From an uncultured Lachnospiraceae bacterium (GTDB lineage Bacteria > Bacillota > Clostridia > Lachnospirales > Lachnospiraceae), in the NCBI GenBank assembly GCA_947245585.1, contig CAMXPV010000018.1:8682-72681 (forward strand): a stretch of DNA of 64,000 nucleotides, in the 5' to 3' direction. Each line of letters begins with the position of its first letter. The first letter of the stretch is position 1. Of the stretch, positions 37,362 to 47,658 are shown in pieces. Both the position numbers and the translations under genes were made by a program. Below the pieces are notes generated by a model. The model was not told the origin of the DNA and did not search any database. It worked only from the letters and a program-made list of their open reading frames with translations.

Positions 37362-38423
37362 TTATCTTGTCTGTAAAAACTCATACTCCCGCTTCGCCGT
37401 CTCATCATCCGGATAGCTGCGCAGATAACTGTTCATGAGAGCCGCCGCCGTCTTATAGTCCCCCATGTACTCATAGGTGACCGCCTCGTTGAATTTCAGG
37501 GTCTGCATCATGTCGTTCCCCTCAATATTCATCCCCGTCTGAAATGCGGACAGCGCAGCGTCGTACTCCTTTAACTGCATACGGCACAGGCCCAACTGAT
37601 TGTAGATCTCCGCCTTCGTCTGGTCGTATTCCGAATATCCCGCGTAAATACTCGCCGCGTAATTGTAATCCCCAAGTGCTTCATAAGTCCTGCCAAGATA
37701 GAGCGCCGCGCCGTAGTCCGTCGTGGTCTTTAGCTTCTCCAGAAACCCTCTGGCATTCTCATAATCCCCCATATAGTAACAGATACGCCCCATATCATAG
37801 TCGGAGATGGATTTCTCATTCTCCTTCAAGGCATTTTGCAGATAAACCAACCCGGCCTCTTTGTAGCCGTACTCTTCAAGCACCATGTAAATGCGGATCA
37901 TGCGGTCGTAATTTTTCGGATCTTTGCTGATCGCCGTATCAAAGTCCGCCTGCGCCGCATCAAAATTTCCCTCCGCAAGCTTCACGCATCCCCGCAGATA
38001 ATAGGCGTTCGTCTCCTCGGGCCGAAGCCCCAGAATCGCGTCATATACGCCTACGGCCTCCTGCATCCGCCCGTTTCTATAATATGCCGTGGCGAGGTAA
38101 TAATTGATATCGAAATCCAGGTCTTCCACCCTGCCGTCCCCAAGCTGCAGTGCCGCCTCCAGATAAGCGACGGCCGCCTCATAGTCGGTTTTTCCAAGGT
38201 AGGCAAGGCCCATCCCCCGATAGAGAAGCCTCTTTTCCTCCCCGTTTTCCTCCGCTGTCTGGAAAAGGGTGAGCGCTTTGTCATAATCGAGGGCTTCCAC
38301 AGCCTCCATCCCCTGTTTGGTATAACTGGGCGGCGCATCCGACCCGCATCCTGCCAGACAGACGCACAACATGAATGCCGCAATACCTGTTCTTTTTCCG
38401 CCTTTTCTCCTCTGTCTCTCCAC
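37362..38423 (-). CDS. TPR-repeat lipoprotein
   Basis: Lipobox LAGC; repeated TPR helices. Confidence 0.85.
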   Translation of the reverse strand: MERQRRKGGKRTGIAAFMLCVCLAGCGSDAPPSYTKQGMEAVEALDYDKALTLFQTAEENGEEKRLLYRGMGLAYLGKTDYEAAVAYLEAALQLGDGRVEDLDFDINYYLATAYYRNGRMQEAVGVYDAILGLRPEETNAYYLRGCVKLAEGNFDAAQADFDTAISKDPKNYDRMIRIYMVLEEYGYKEAGLVYLQNALKENEKSISDYDMGRICYYMGDYENARGFLEKLKTTTDYGAALYLGRTYEALGDYNYAASIYAGYSEYDQTKAEIYNQLGLCRMQLKEYDAALSAFQTGMNIEGNDMMQTLKFNEAVTYEYMGDYKTAAALMNSYLRSYPDDETAKREYEFLQTR

Positions 38424-38518
38424 TTTTTATCTCCAAGTTAATTTCGTCATACTTTCATCTGTACTTGTTTTATTCTAACTGCATTTCCGCCTGCCCGTCA
38501 AGGGAGATTTGCACCCAT

Positions 38519-40138
38519 TTACCAATGGCAGAAACTCCATGCAAGGTCTTCCTCCTCCATCCACGCTTTTTCGATGCCGAGTTTCTCCGCGCGCTGTTCG
38601 ATCAGCCCTTTGATTTCCTCCTCCGTGACAATGTTTTCGCCGTGCTCTTCCAGATAGGCCCTGTATTCCTGACAAAGCTGCTCCGAGACTTCCTCCCCGA
38701 ACTCCAACGTCGAGTAATACGCCTCCCCGATTTCGTAAGTGATCACAGTGGCCCCATACTTGGAGCTATCGTCCCCCTCGCGATTGTCATATTCCAGACA
38801 TCCTTTCATATCCCATACGGTATAACTGAGCTGATCAGCGCCGTAAACGCTCTGAATGTCGCCGTTTTCGTCGATATAATCCCTGCCGAAAGCCTGACAC
38901 ATCGCACCACTTGAACCATAATACCGGATGCCTCCGTGATACTGGAGCAGATCCTGACTTCTGCTCCACGATTCGCGGGCGTATACGATTTCCGGCGTCC
39001 CGTCATGACAGGCGATCACCATCGTCAAATCACTGTCGTCCCCGGAAAGGTCTATGCCCACACCCACAAAGCGGATGGCCAGCTCCTCCACCCCGTCGCC
39101 GCCGCAGTCCAGACAGGCATACTCCACATAAGGCCAGAATCCTGTTCTCTCCAGATAGTAATCGTGCACCATATACTGGAGATCACGAAACGTCCACGCC
39201 CTGTCCTTATCCACATCCTTGTCTTCATCATATCTATGCCAAACGCCGTCCCGTATGCGCACGGAAAGTTCATTATTCAGGAATCGGTCGTAAACATCCG
39301 AATCGTTAAAATGATAAACACCGTAATCGCCGGGATAGGAAGCGCCCATATCATCATTCCATACCTGTAACCGCAGAAGCTCCCGATACCCTTTGGCCTT
39401 CGTAAGATTCTGGTAGACACCCTGCCCGCTGTTTAAGACAGCTTCCCTGTCAAGGTTTATCCCGTATTCGGCAAACAGTTTTCCGATCTCGTACCGATAG
39501 AAAGCAAGATCGAGCCCCCGCTCTCCTTTCTCCCTCTCGTCAAAAATAACCTCCTCCGAATGCTTCATGCGATCCGCATCATACCAGTATGCCGTATAGG
39601 CTACGCCTCCATCATAGCGATCAGCGGTTTGTCTGACCGCCAAAGGCATGTAGATCTTCCAACCGTCATAGCGGTACAGTTCCGCGTTTTTCAAATCGTA
39701 ATCACGCATAAACCCATGATAATTGTCGGTAAAGAAAATATAAGCCTTATCATCCTCCCCGCGAAGCACCGCCCAAAAAAGATCATACTCCGACAGATCA
39801 GACGGGCGTTCCCACTTGGTTTCGGCATTTCTGCATACTTTTCCGTCTTTCAGCTCATAAATGCGCATGATAATCTGCTCATTTTCAAGCAGCATAACAA
39901 GGAGTTCCTCGCTGCCGTCACCGTCAAGGTCACAGATTTCTGTGGCGGCCACGCCATTCGTATCCTTCCAAATCTCTCTTTTCTCCGGCTCCTCCACGTG
40001 ATTCTCCAAAACGGCGTACCCGATACCACCCGCCAAAGCCGCCCCAACCACGAAAGCTGCAAGAGCGATAACGCAGACCGCATTCAAAGACACGCTTTTC
40101 TTTTTCTCTTTTTCTTCATTCATAGTAGGTTTCCGCAC
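38519..40138 (-). CDS. Membrane-anchored extracellular hypothetical protein
   Basis: N-terminal TM; two D.DGDG.EEL loops (DLDGDGSEELL, DCGGDGVEELA). Confidence 0.75.
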   Translation of the reverse strand: MRKPTMNEEKEKKKSVSLNAVCVIALAAFVVGAALAGGIGYAVLENHVEEPEKREIWKDTNGVAATEICDLDGDGSEELLVMLLENEQIIMRIYELKDGKVCRNAETKWERPSDLSEYDLFWAVLRGEDDKAYIFFTDNYHGFMRDYDLKNAELYRYDGWKIYMPLAVRQTADRYDGGVAYTAYWYDADRMKHSEEVIFDEREKGERGLDLAFYRYEIGKLFAEYGINLDREAVLNSGQGVYQNLTKAKGYRELLRLQVWNDDMGASYPGDYGVYHFNDSDVYDRFLNNELSVRIRDGVWHRYDEDKDVDKDRAWTFRDLQYMVHDYYLERTGFWPYVEYACLDCGGDGVEELAIRFVGVGIDLSGDDSDLTMVIACHDGTPEIVYARESWSRSQDLLQYHGGIRYYGSSGAMCQAFGRDYIDENGDIQSVYGADQLSYTVWDMKGCLEYDNREGDDSSKYGATVITYEIGEAYYSTLEFGEEVSEQLCQEYRAYLEEHGENIVTEEEIKGLIEQRAEKLGIEKAWMEEEDLAWSFCHW

Positions 40139-40875
40139 ACCAGATCCTTCGCAATCCCGAAAAACTCCCGCACCAGATTGTTGGGCTGAAAATAGATATT
40201 CGACCGGGCCGAAATGCCGCAGGCGTTCTCAAACCCCGCGTGTCTGGCAAGCATCATCCCCCGGAACACATGAAAATTGTTGGTGACAATCCCCACGTCA
40301 TAATCGGTTCCGCCGATAATTTCCGCGCTGAATGCTATGTTCTCGGAGGTGTCCGTGGACTTGTCCTCCATCAGGATTCTTTCCGGTGCAATGCCTTTTT
40401 CCACCAGATAATCATACATCCCCTGGGCCTCCGTGCAGGGCTCATTGGGCCCCTGACCGCCGGACACCACGCAGATGGTATTTTCGTTCTCTACCAAATA
40501 GTCATAAGCCGCGTCCAGTCGGAATTTCAGCACGATACTGGGGCCTGCCGGCTTCATCTGCGCGCCCAACACAATAATATAATCCAGATCCGGACGGCCC
40601 GCATCCCTGTAATGGACAAAGATACAGCCCTCCGCCACTACAAAGGCCAGTATCCCCACGATCAGGCCGCCGCAGATGATCCGGCGTAACAGCAAAGGAA
40701 GTTGACTCCACAAGTCAAATCGTATTCCCAATGCAAGACCGATGAAAAACAGGCCGCCCAATCCCCAAATCAGATAAAACTTGCTGCCCGACCGGATGCG
40801 GAACACAATAAAACAATAGAGCAAGCACAAAAATGCCGCCAGAATACACAGACAGATCATCACCTTTTTCCTCAT
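40120..40875 (-). CDS. YdcF/DUF218 (SanA-like) protein
   Basis: IIVLGA, VSGGQG.NE, S..TSENI and VTNNFH motifs. Confidence 0.9.
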   Translation of the reverse strand: MRKKVMICLCILAAFLCLLYCFIVFRIRSGSKFYLIWGLGGLFFIGLALGIRFDLWSQLPLLLRRIICGGLIVGILAFVVAEGCIFVHYRDAGRPDLDYIIVLGAQMKPAGPSIVLKFRLDAAYDYLVENENTICVVSGGQGPNEPCTEAQGMYDYLVEKGIAPERILMEDKSTDTSENIAFSAEIIGGTDYDVGIVTNNFHVFRGMMLARHAGFENACGISARSNIYFQPNNLVREFFGIAKDLVCGNLL

Positions 40876-43787
40876 ACAAGCATACCCTCAAACACTTCCT
40901 CCGGCACCGGTTTACAGTAGCGGTAACCCTGCGCGACATAAGCGCCGATCTCCATCATCAGTTCCGTGTCCTGCTGTGTCTCCACACCCTCGCAGACCAC
41001 CTGCGCATCCAAATCTTTTGCCAGATTGACTATATTTTTCATGATCTGCACCTGTCTTGTGCGGTTTTCATTATTTAATAAAAAGGACCTGTCAAGCTTA
41101 ATCACCGAGGCGGGAATCTGCTCAAAAACGCCCAGAGAAGAGTAGCCCGATCCGAAATCGTCGATGGAGAGGTGAATGCCGTTTGCCCTTAAAATTTCCA
41201 CATTCTCCTTCACCTTCTGCTGCTGTAATTCTTCCACCACCAAAGTTTCCGTGATCTCCACCTCTATCAGATCTTTGGGAATCCGGTATTTTTCTATCAC
41301 AGCCTCGATATGGGCCGGAAACTCTTCCCGCACAAAATGGGATCTGGAAAAATTACAGGACACGGGAACCACCGAAAGCCCCTGATCCAACCGCCTGCGC
41401 AGCATTTTACAGACGCTTTCCATCACAAAGAAATCGATCTCCATGATCCTGCCGGTCTGTTCATAGTAAGGAACAAAAAAGCCGGGCGCACGGATCGCGC
41501 CGTCAGCCGTAGGGTCTTTAAAACGGACCAGCGCCTCCGCTCCCACCACATGCTCGCTGCGGATATCCACTTTCGCCTGATAGTATGCCACAAAATCCCT
41601 TTGCAAATCCGCAGAATCCAGAAGCGTCTCACGCTCCTGCTGCTCCTTTAACTTCTTTCGCATCTCCTCGTCGTAAACCCGAACCACATTGTTTCGGCTG
41701 TTTTTAATCGGATCCACGGTCTGGATCGCGTAAGAGAGGGCAAGCTGGATGTCCGTCGCCCCCTCGCCGATGGCGCAGACTCCCATAGCCTGCGTCATGC
41801 GAATCTCCTCTTTCTCATAGATATAACCGGAAATCCGGTCTGCCATATCCTGCATCCGCCTCTCTAGCTGCGCCATATCCTCATAGCACACGAAGAGCAC
41901 AAAATGGCTGCCGTAGCTTCTGGCATAAAGCTCTTTCTCACTGTCAATCTCCGAAGACAGCTCCTCTATGGTCAGCTCCAAAAGACGCTGCCCCGCGCTC
42001 CATCCATAAAGCGCATTGTAACTCTTAAACTGGCAGATATCCGTGTACACAATCGCATACTTTTCGTTGGCGCCCGTTCCCAGTTTCAGAGATGCCCTGT
42101 ATTTCAGGTAGTTGAGATTCCAGATATTGAAATCCGTGTCCTTGTACATCAGCTTCTCAATCCGCCTGCTGTTTTTCAGCATCCGATAGAGCGTAAAAAT
42201 GACGAGGGCCGCAGCCAGAAGCAAAATCAATATAATGACAATACTGTGATCCCTGATAAAGCTGTCTATGCTCATGCGGGAATAAAAGTTATCCTGCAGC
42301 ATATAGTCGTTCACCATTGTGTCAGTAACGTCCAGAAGTTCTTTATTTAAGATTCCCAGAAGAGGAGAATCCGGATCATTGCGCACCACCATGCGGATAT
42401 TGTGAGCCTCGCTTAAGACCGTGTGAATCTCCATCTGCCCGTAGCCAAACTGGGATCCCATCAGGTACTCCGCCATGTAGCCGTCGCAGAGCGCCGCAGA
42501 GGCCTTGCCTGTGCGCACCGCTTCCAGACATTCCCTCTGGTCCTTCTGAAATAAAAGCTCGGTTCCCTCTCCGTAAGAGACTCCGCCCTCCTGCGAGAAA
42601 ATGTCATCCGTCACCGCAAGCGAGCTAATTTCCTCCGTCCTGCTGCCCCGCTCCATCACCACCACTTGGGGCACCCTCGCGTAAACCTTCGTCAAGGCAC
42701 CGCCGCGCTGTCTGATATCGCCCGCCCCTTCACTGCAATACTCGATAATATCAATCGTTCCATTCTCAAGATCCTGTTTTGCTTCCTCCATATCCTTCAC
42801 ATGAATATAGGTAAAGGTCAGCCCCGTGCTCACGGAGACCTCCTCCAACATCTGCGGCACAAGCCCTTTATATTCCCCCTCTTCATCAATATAGGAAAAA
42901 GGATAGTGTCCGTCCAGACAACCCACCGTCAGCGTCTTTGTCTCTTTTATGTAATCCTTCTCCTCACTGGTGAGCAGAATCGTATGATCCAGGCGGCTGT
43001 CATAATACTTTGCCATCAGCTCGTTTTCCAACTCCGGGCGGTTCATCTTCAAATCCGCAATTCCCTGATTCAGCTCCCGCAGCAATTCCCCGTTTTCGGG
43101 ATAGGTTATGTAATAGAACGGCATCGGCGCAAAACGGCCGATCACCCGCTGCCCCTCCTTAATCTCCGTGAGGGAGTGCACCAGTGCGTCGATCTCTCCC
43201 GCAGCGAGGGCCTCCTGCAGCGCGGCCGTATTCTCGTACTCGCGCACCTTGGGACTTTTCACCCCATGTCCCTCCAGATACTCAAAAAACTCCTGCTTTC
43301 TCACATAGGTTCCTACAACGCCGTAAGTGATGTCGCGCATGGCCTCAAAATCTTCGTAGGCAAGAGCGCTGTCTCCCCGCACCGCGATGGTGCCGAAGGT
43401 ATAACCGCTCGCCAGATCGGCATAGCGGTAAACCTCCGCCCGCTCCTTGGAATACTGGGCGGAGCCCACCAGATCCACTTCCTGGTCGGCCAGCATTTGC
43501 AGGGCCTCATCCCAACTCTCGCAGGGCACATATTCCACATTCCAACTTACATAATCACATAAATTCTCCAGATATTCCACGTCCATGCCGGAAAAGTTTC
43601 CATCCGGCAGTGTCTCGTGATACCCGCCCATAGGGAAAAAGCTCACCCGCACGGGCCGTTTCCCGGCCCCTTGCACCACACCCGCTTCTCCCTGTTCAAG
43701 AGGAAAAGAAAGCGGGAAAGCCGCCGCCATGAATCCGGCCGCCGCCCTCACTGTTCCCTTCCATTTTTTTCCAAATTTTTTCCCCAT
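40872..43787 (-). CDS. Membrane c-di-GMP phosphodiesterase: two solute-binding domains, TM, degenerate GGDEF, EAL
   Basis: EALVRF, EITET and DDFGSGYSS are intact; the GGDEF position reads YGSHF. Confidence 0.9.
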   Translation of the reverse strand: MGKKFGKKWKGTVRAAAGFMAAAFPLSFPLEQGEAGVVQGAGKRPVRVSFFPMGGYHETLPDGNFSGMDVEYLENLCDYVSWNVEYVPCESWDEALQMLADQEVDLVGSAQYSKERAEVYRYADLASGYTFGTIAVRGDSALAYEDFEAMRDITYGVVGTYVRKQEFFEYLEGHGVKSPKVREYENTAALQEALAAGEIDALVHSLTEIKEGQRVIGRFAPMPFYYITYPENGELLRELNQGIADLKMNRPELENELMAKYYDSRLDHTILLTSEEKDYIKETKTLTVGCLDGHYPFSYIDEEGEYKGLVPQMLEEVSVSTGLTFTYIHVKDMEEAKQDLENGTIDIIEYCSEGAGDIRQRGGALTKVYARVPQVVVMERGSRTEEISSLAVTDDIFSQEGGVSYGEGTELLFQKDQRECLEAVRTGKASAALCDGYMAEYLMGSQFGYGQMEIHTVLSEAHNIRMVVRNDPDSPLLGILNKELLDVTDTMVNDYMLQDNFYSRMSIDSFIRDHSIVIILILLLAAALVIFTLYRMLKNSRRIEKLMYKDTDFNIWNLNYLKYRASLKLGTGANEKYAIVYTDICQFKSYNALYGWSAGQRLLELTIEELSSEIDSEKELYARSYGSHFVLFVCYEDMAQLERRMQDMADRISGYIYEKEEIRMTQAMGVCAIGEGATDIQLALSYAIQTVDPIKNSRNNVVRVYDEEMRKKLKEQQERETLLDSADLQRDFVAYYQAKVDIRSEHVVGAEALVRFKDPTADGAIRAPGFFVPYYEQTGRIMEIDFFVMESVCKMLRRRLDQGLSVVPVSCNFSRSHFVREEFPAHIEAVIEKYRIPKDLIEVEITETLVVEELQQQKVKENVEILRANGIHLSIDDFGSGYSSLGVFEQIPASVIKLDRSFLLNNENRTRQVQIMKNIVNLAKDLDAQVVCEGVETQQDTELMMEIGAYVAQGYRYCKPVPEEVFEGMLV

Positions 43788-43802
43788 AGAAACCCTGCCT
43801 TT

Positions 43803-44789
43803 CTATCCCTGCAGATACCGTTTCAAAAATGCGTCAATCCTTCCGTAGTAATCCTCCGGGTCCTTATCCTGCGCCTGTGCATGACCCGCCCCTTCCACGA
43901 TAAAGAGTTCCTTCTCACAGGCTGCCGCCTCAAACAATTCGTAAGACATGCCCACATCAATCATCCGGTCCTGATCCCCGTGGATAAACAGTGTGGGAAC
44001 ACCGCTTCTTGCCACAGCCCGAAGGGGTGAAGCGTCCCGCAGATCATAGCCGCCCCGAAGCTGCAGCATCAGGCAGGCTGAATCCACAAAGACCGCCGCC
44101 GGCAGATGGAACCACTCCGTTATTTTATCGCCAAACATCTCGTAGGCTTCCGTGTAGGCGCTGTCTGAAACCACCGCCGCAATGTGTTCGGAAACTTCGG
44201 GAGAACCTGCCATAATGAGGGCCGTCGCCGCGCCCATGGACTGTCCGTGGAGCACAATCTTGGCTTCCGGCGTCTGCGCCAAAATATGGGCAATCCAAAG
44301 CTCGCAGTCATAGTGATCCGTCCATCCCATCCCGATAAAATCGCCCTCGCTCTCCCCCTGACAGCGAAGATCCGGCACAAGCACATGAAAGCCCTGCTCA
44401 TAATACCAGTAGGCGAACTGATACATTTCCTCTTTCCACCCCGTATACCCATGCAGGAGAAGCGCCCATTTATCGCTCTCCTGTTTCGGCGCAAATTCCG
44501 CCGCAATCAGGGTATACCCGTCTCTCGTCCGGGCAGAAATCTTTTTGCGGTCCGCCGTTTCCAGCCACTCGGCGGTATCGGCAAGAAGTTTGCTTTGATT
44601 TTCCTTGATATCCGATGTCTGTACCTGTTCGGCATAACATTTTCTCGTGATATCCTCAAACGCATTCAGCCGGTCCATAAAGGACGGAACCAGACAGGCG
44701 CTCACCAGAAAATAGACAAATACGGTATACACCGCAAAGAGCGCCGCGAAGCATACCGCCGCGGCCCGTATTCTCTTTTTCTTTTGCAC
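43803..44789 (-). CDS. Alpha/beta hydrolase
   Basis: LLHGY, nucleophile GQSMG, IHG..D and H motifs. Confidence 0.92.
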   Translation of the reverse strand: MQKKKRIRAAAVCFAALFAVYTVFVYFLVSACLVPSFMDRLNAFEDITRKCYAEQVQTSDIKENQSKLLADTAEWLETADRKKISARTRDGYTLIAAEFAPKQESDKWALLLHGYTGWKEEMYQFAYWYYEQGFHVLVPDLRCQGESEGDFIGMGWTDHYDCELWIAHILAQTPEAKIVLHGQSMGAATALIMAGSPEVSEHIAAVVSDSAYTEAYEMFGDKITEWFHLPAAVFVDSACLMLQLRGGYDLRDASPLRAVARSGVPTLFIHGDQDRMIDVGMSYELFEAAACEKELFIVEGAGHAQAQDKDPEDYYGRIDAFLKRYLQG

Positions 44790-44805
44790 TGTGCCATTCC
44801 CTCTT

Positions 44806-45480
44806 TCAAAACAACTGTACCGGTATCATGCTGTATGCCATGTCCCCGCTCTCCTGCGCGCAGACCGCCGTACAGTACCCCTCAATCTCCCGGTATTCTC
44901 TCATATAGTAGTATTTTGCGTCAAAAGAATGCCTTACCCTTGCCCTGCCAGACTCCTCGTCCATGTGGATCACAAAATCCTTTAAGGACAGGGACATCCC
45001 TCTTCCGATCGCCTTTAAAAAGCTCTCCTTCATGGTCCAGAGGCGAAACATCCGTTCTGTTCTCTCATCCTGTGTTTTCACATCGTAAAGCCATGCGAGT
45101 TCCTCCTCTGCAAAGAAACGGTCCGCCACCTTAAGCCGCCCTTCCTTCACATACTCAATATCATTTCCCACCGGCCTGTCCCCTATGGTGCAGATCGCAT
45201 AATCCCCGGAATGGGACAGGGAAAAACAAATTTCCGGATGGTATTTCAAGGTGGGTTTTCCCCACTCGCCGATCTCGTACTCCACGCTTCTTTCCTGCAG
45301 GCCGTAAACCGCAAGACCATGATCCAGGAGAAGCCCCGCTCCAAGACTTCTGTTCTTATCTTTTTCGTGCTGCAAAATGGCAATCTTCTGCTGCCTGTAC
45401 GGCGAGAGCCGCTTTAATTTTTCCCGAAACAGCGCCTCCCTTTCCAGACATCTGACATCCGCATAATACGTATGGATCAT
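44806..45480 (-). CDS. 4'-phosphopantetheinyl transferase (Sfp type)
   Basis: GKP, FSLSHSG, VGNDIE and WTMKESFLKA.G.G motifs; TAATG coupling to the helicase. Confidence 0.9.
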   Translation of the reverse strand: MIHTYYADVRCLEREALFREKLKRLSPYRQQKIAILQHEKDKNRSLGAGLLLDHGLAVYGLQERSVEYEIGEWGKPTLKYHPEICFSLSHSGDYAICTIGDRPVGNDIEYVKEGRLKVADRFFAEEELAWLYDVKTQDERTERMFRLWTMKESFLKAIGRGMSLSLKDFVIHMDEESGRARVRHSFDAKYYYMREYREIEGYCTAVCAQESGDMAYSMIPVQLF

Positions 45481-47498
45481 TATCCTTCCCTCTCCATCTT
45501 CCGATAGCACCGGTCGCAAACCGGATACGCAGCATTCCATGCAAGCGGTCTTCCACAGATGCGGCACTTCTTTTCAAACTGCCCCTTATCGTCCTTTAAC
45601 AGCTCCCCAATCTCATGTTGGGCCCACTCCCTGTTGGCGGCCACCTCGTCCTTGTCGATCACCCAACCCATTCTGGCCGAAAACTGCGTGTACAAGTCCA
45701 ACTGTTTGTAATAAGATTCCAACCCCTCCAGAGAAAAATCCCGCGGCAGCATAGGACAATTCTGCTGTTTTTCCGGTTTTTCGCAATAGCGCAGCCACAG
45801 CTTTAACACCTCCCTGTCCTTCACGTCAAAGGGACAGGTAATCAGGGTAAGCAGAAGCTTTCTGTCGTCCATATAGGGGATTTTCTTTCGGTAATCCCGC
45901 AAATACCGGTACTTATCCACGCTCTCCTTCATGGATATCTTATCGTACATGGGCGGATTTCCCGTCTTTTCCCACGCCTCTATGATCTGGTCAAGCTCTA
46001 TGTCAATGTCAAGCAAAATCTCAGGAAACCCGACCCGCGCTCTCCTGATCGGATAAAAAGGCTCCGCCAGTTTCCTGCCAACATAGTCCATGTCCATCGC
46101 GGACTGCACATAGCCGGTATCGTAAAACCCGTATCTTCCCGCCCGGCCTGCAATCTGCCTGATCTCCTCCGCCAAAAGCCGCCTCTTTCCCACGCCGTCA
46201 AACTTGGTCGTATTCATGAAGACCACCCTGCGGATCGGCAGATTGATTCCCATGCCGATGGCATCCGTGGCGACAACCACCTGATTGACCCCTTCCGTAA
46301 ACAGCCGTACCTGCTCCTGTCTGGTCTGCGGCGGCAGGTTTCCGTAAATCACGCTGGCCTTAATGCCGCGGCCCTCAAGGGCAGCCGCGATGGCAAGCAC
46401 ATTTTTCTTGGAGAAGGCAATCAGCGCATCTCCCTGTTCCACATCCGTGGCCATATCGTAGCGCTCCGGGACAAATACCAGTTTGGTATTCCGCTCGTGA
46501 CGGACAATTTCGATCTCGTCCCCGCAGCGTGTCAGCATCTTCGTCAAAATCTGCTCCGCCGTGCCGGAACAGCACACATGCACTTCACTGGCGCGAATAC
46601 CGAGGATCGCCCTGGTCCAGTAACTTCCCCTGCTCTCGTCCGCCATCATCTGCGCCTCGTCGATGACGGCGATATCATAGACCTCCCGGATATCCATAAT
46701 TTCCACCGTGGAAGCCTGCACAAAACTTCCCGGCGTGCGGATGCTCTCCTCACCGGTAACCATATCGCAGGGAATCCCGTCCGTCATCATACGGTCGTAA
46801 ACCTCCAGCGCCAAAAGGCGAAGAGGCCCAAGATAGATGCCGTGGTAGGCCTGCTTTAACCGCTGTAATGCCTCGTAGGTCTTGCCGCTGTTGGTGGGGC
46901 CCACATGGAGAATAAAATGCCGCTTCATGCCTCTGGCTTCCGGATACTGTTTCTCCGGCTCCGCCTCCATCAGCTCCTCGATCCGCTGTCCCACCAGATA
47001 CTGCATATATTCGTCTTTATAGATCTCGTAAAGCGACTTTGTCCGAAGAAGCGCAGCCGTCTTCTCCATCCCCGCCACGTCCTCCGGCACTGCCGAAGCC
47101 GCCATCCTTTTCAGAAAGCTGATATCCAGTCTGGCAAGGCGGCGCACCGCATAGCGGTATCTTTTCAGATACCTGGTATCCCGCAAAACCACCGTGTACC
47201 CGATCTGCGCCACTTTTTTATGTAATTCCTTCATGTCCCCAAGCACCTGATGGGTTTCCTGTTTTTTCTTTCGGGCGATCCGTCGTTCCAACTGCCCCAG
47301 CTGCTTTTCCACGCTTCTGGTAAACCTGCGGTTTTCCTCCTTCTGAAATGAGAAAAAGGCCTTCTCGTATGCCGCCCAGAGTTTTTTCGGAATGTCGTCC
47401 GGCTGCCCCTGTTTTTGCTGCGGGTCCTTATCTCCCGCTCTCTTCTCATCCTGCATTTTCGTACCTGTTTTTCTGCTTTTGTTAAAACTTCCTCTCAC
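45480..47498 (-). CDS. Suv3-like SF2 RNA helicase
   Basis: GPTNSGKT, GPLRLLA.EV, VIDEAQM, ATDAIGMGINL and QIAGRAGR motifs; the start may be 47456. Confidence 0.9.
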   Translation of the reverse strand: MRGSFNKSRKTGTKMQDEKRAGDKDPQQKQGQPDDIPKKLWAAYEKAFFSFQKEENRRFTRSVEKQLGQLERRIARKKKQETHQVLGDMKELHKKVAQIGYTVVLRDTRYLKRYRYAVRRLARLDISFLKRMAASAVPEDVAGMEKTAALLRTKSLYEIYKDEYMQYLVGQRIEELMEAEPEKQYPEARGMKRHFILHVGPTNSGKTYEALQRLKQAYHGIYLGPLRLLALEVYDRMMTDGIPCDMVTGEESIRTPGSFVQASTVEIMDIREVYDIAVIDEAQMMADESRGSYWTRAILGIRASEVHVCCSGTAEQILTKMLTRCGDEIEIVRHERNTKLVFVPERYDMATDVEQGDALIAFSKKNVLAIAAALEGRGIKASVIYGNLPPQTRQEQVRLFTEGVNQVVVATDAIGMGINLPIRRVVFMNTTKFDGVGKRRLLAEEIRQIAGRAGRYGFYDTGYVQSAMDMDYVGRKLAEPFYPIRRARVGFPEILLDIDIELDQIIEAWEKTGNPPMYDKISMKESVDKYRYLRDYRKKIPYMDDRKLLLTLITCPFDVKDREVLKLWLRYCEKPEKQQNCPMLPRDFSLEGLESYYKQLDLYTQFSARMGWVIDKDEVAANREWAQHEIGELLKDDKGQFEKKCRICGRPLAWNAAYPVCDRCYRKMEREG

Positions 47499-47658
47499 AT
47501 GATTTTCATTCTAATCATATCACATTTTAAGACCTTTGCGCAAACCTTTCCCCCTGTTAATATCTTCCCGCTTCCTGCCCTGTCCTTTCTTGATTTTATC
47601 CCAAGTTTGTTTTACAATGAAATCATATAAAATAAAGTAGGAAAAGAGGATTATTCCT

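Noticed and set aside
44806-45480. NRPS/PKS biosynthetic cluster
   Set aside because: Only the PPTase is present; there are no adenylation, condensation, ketosynthase or carrier domains in the window.
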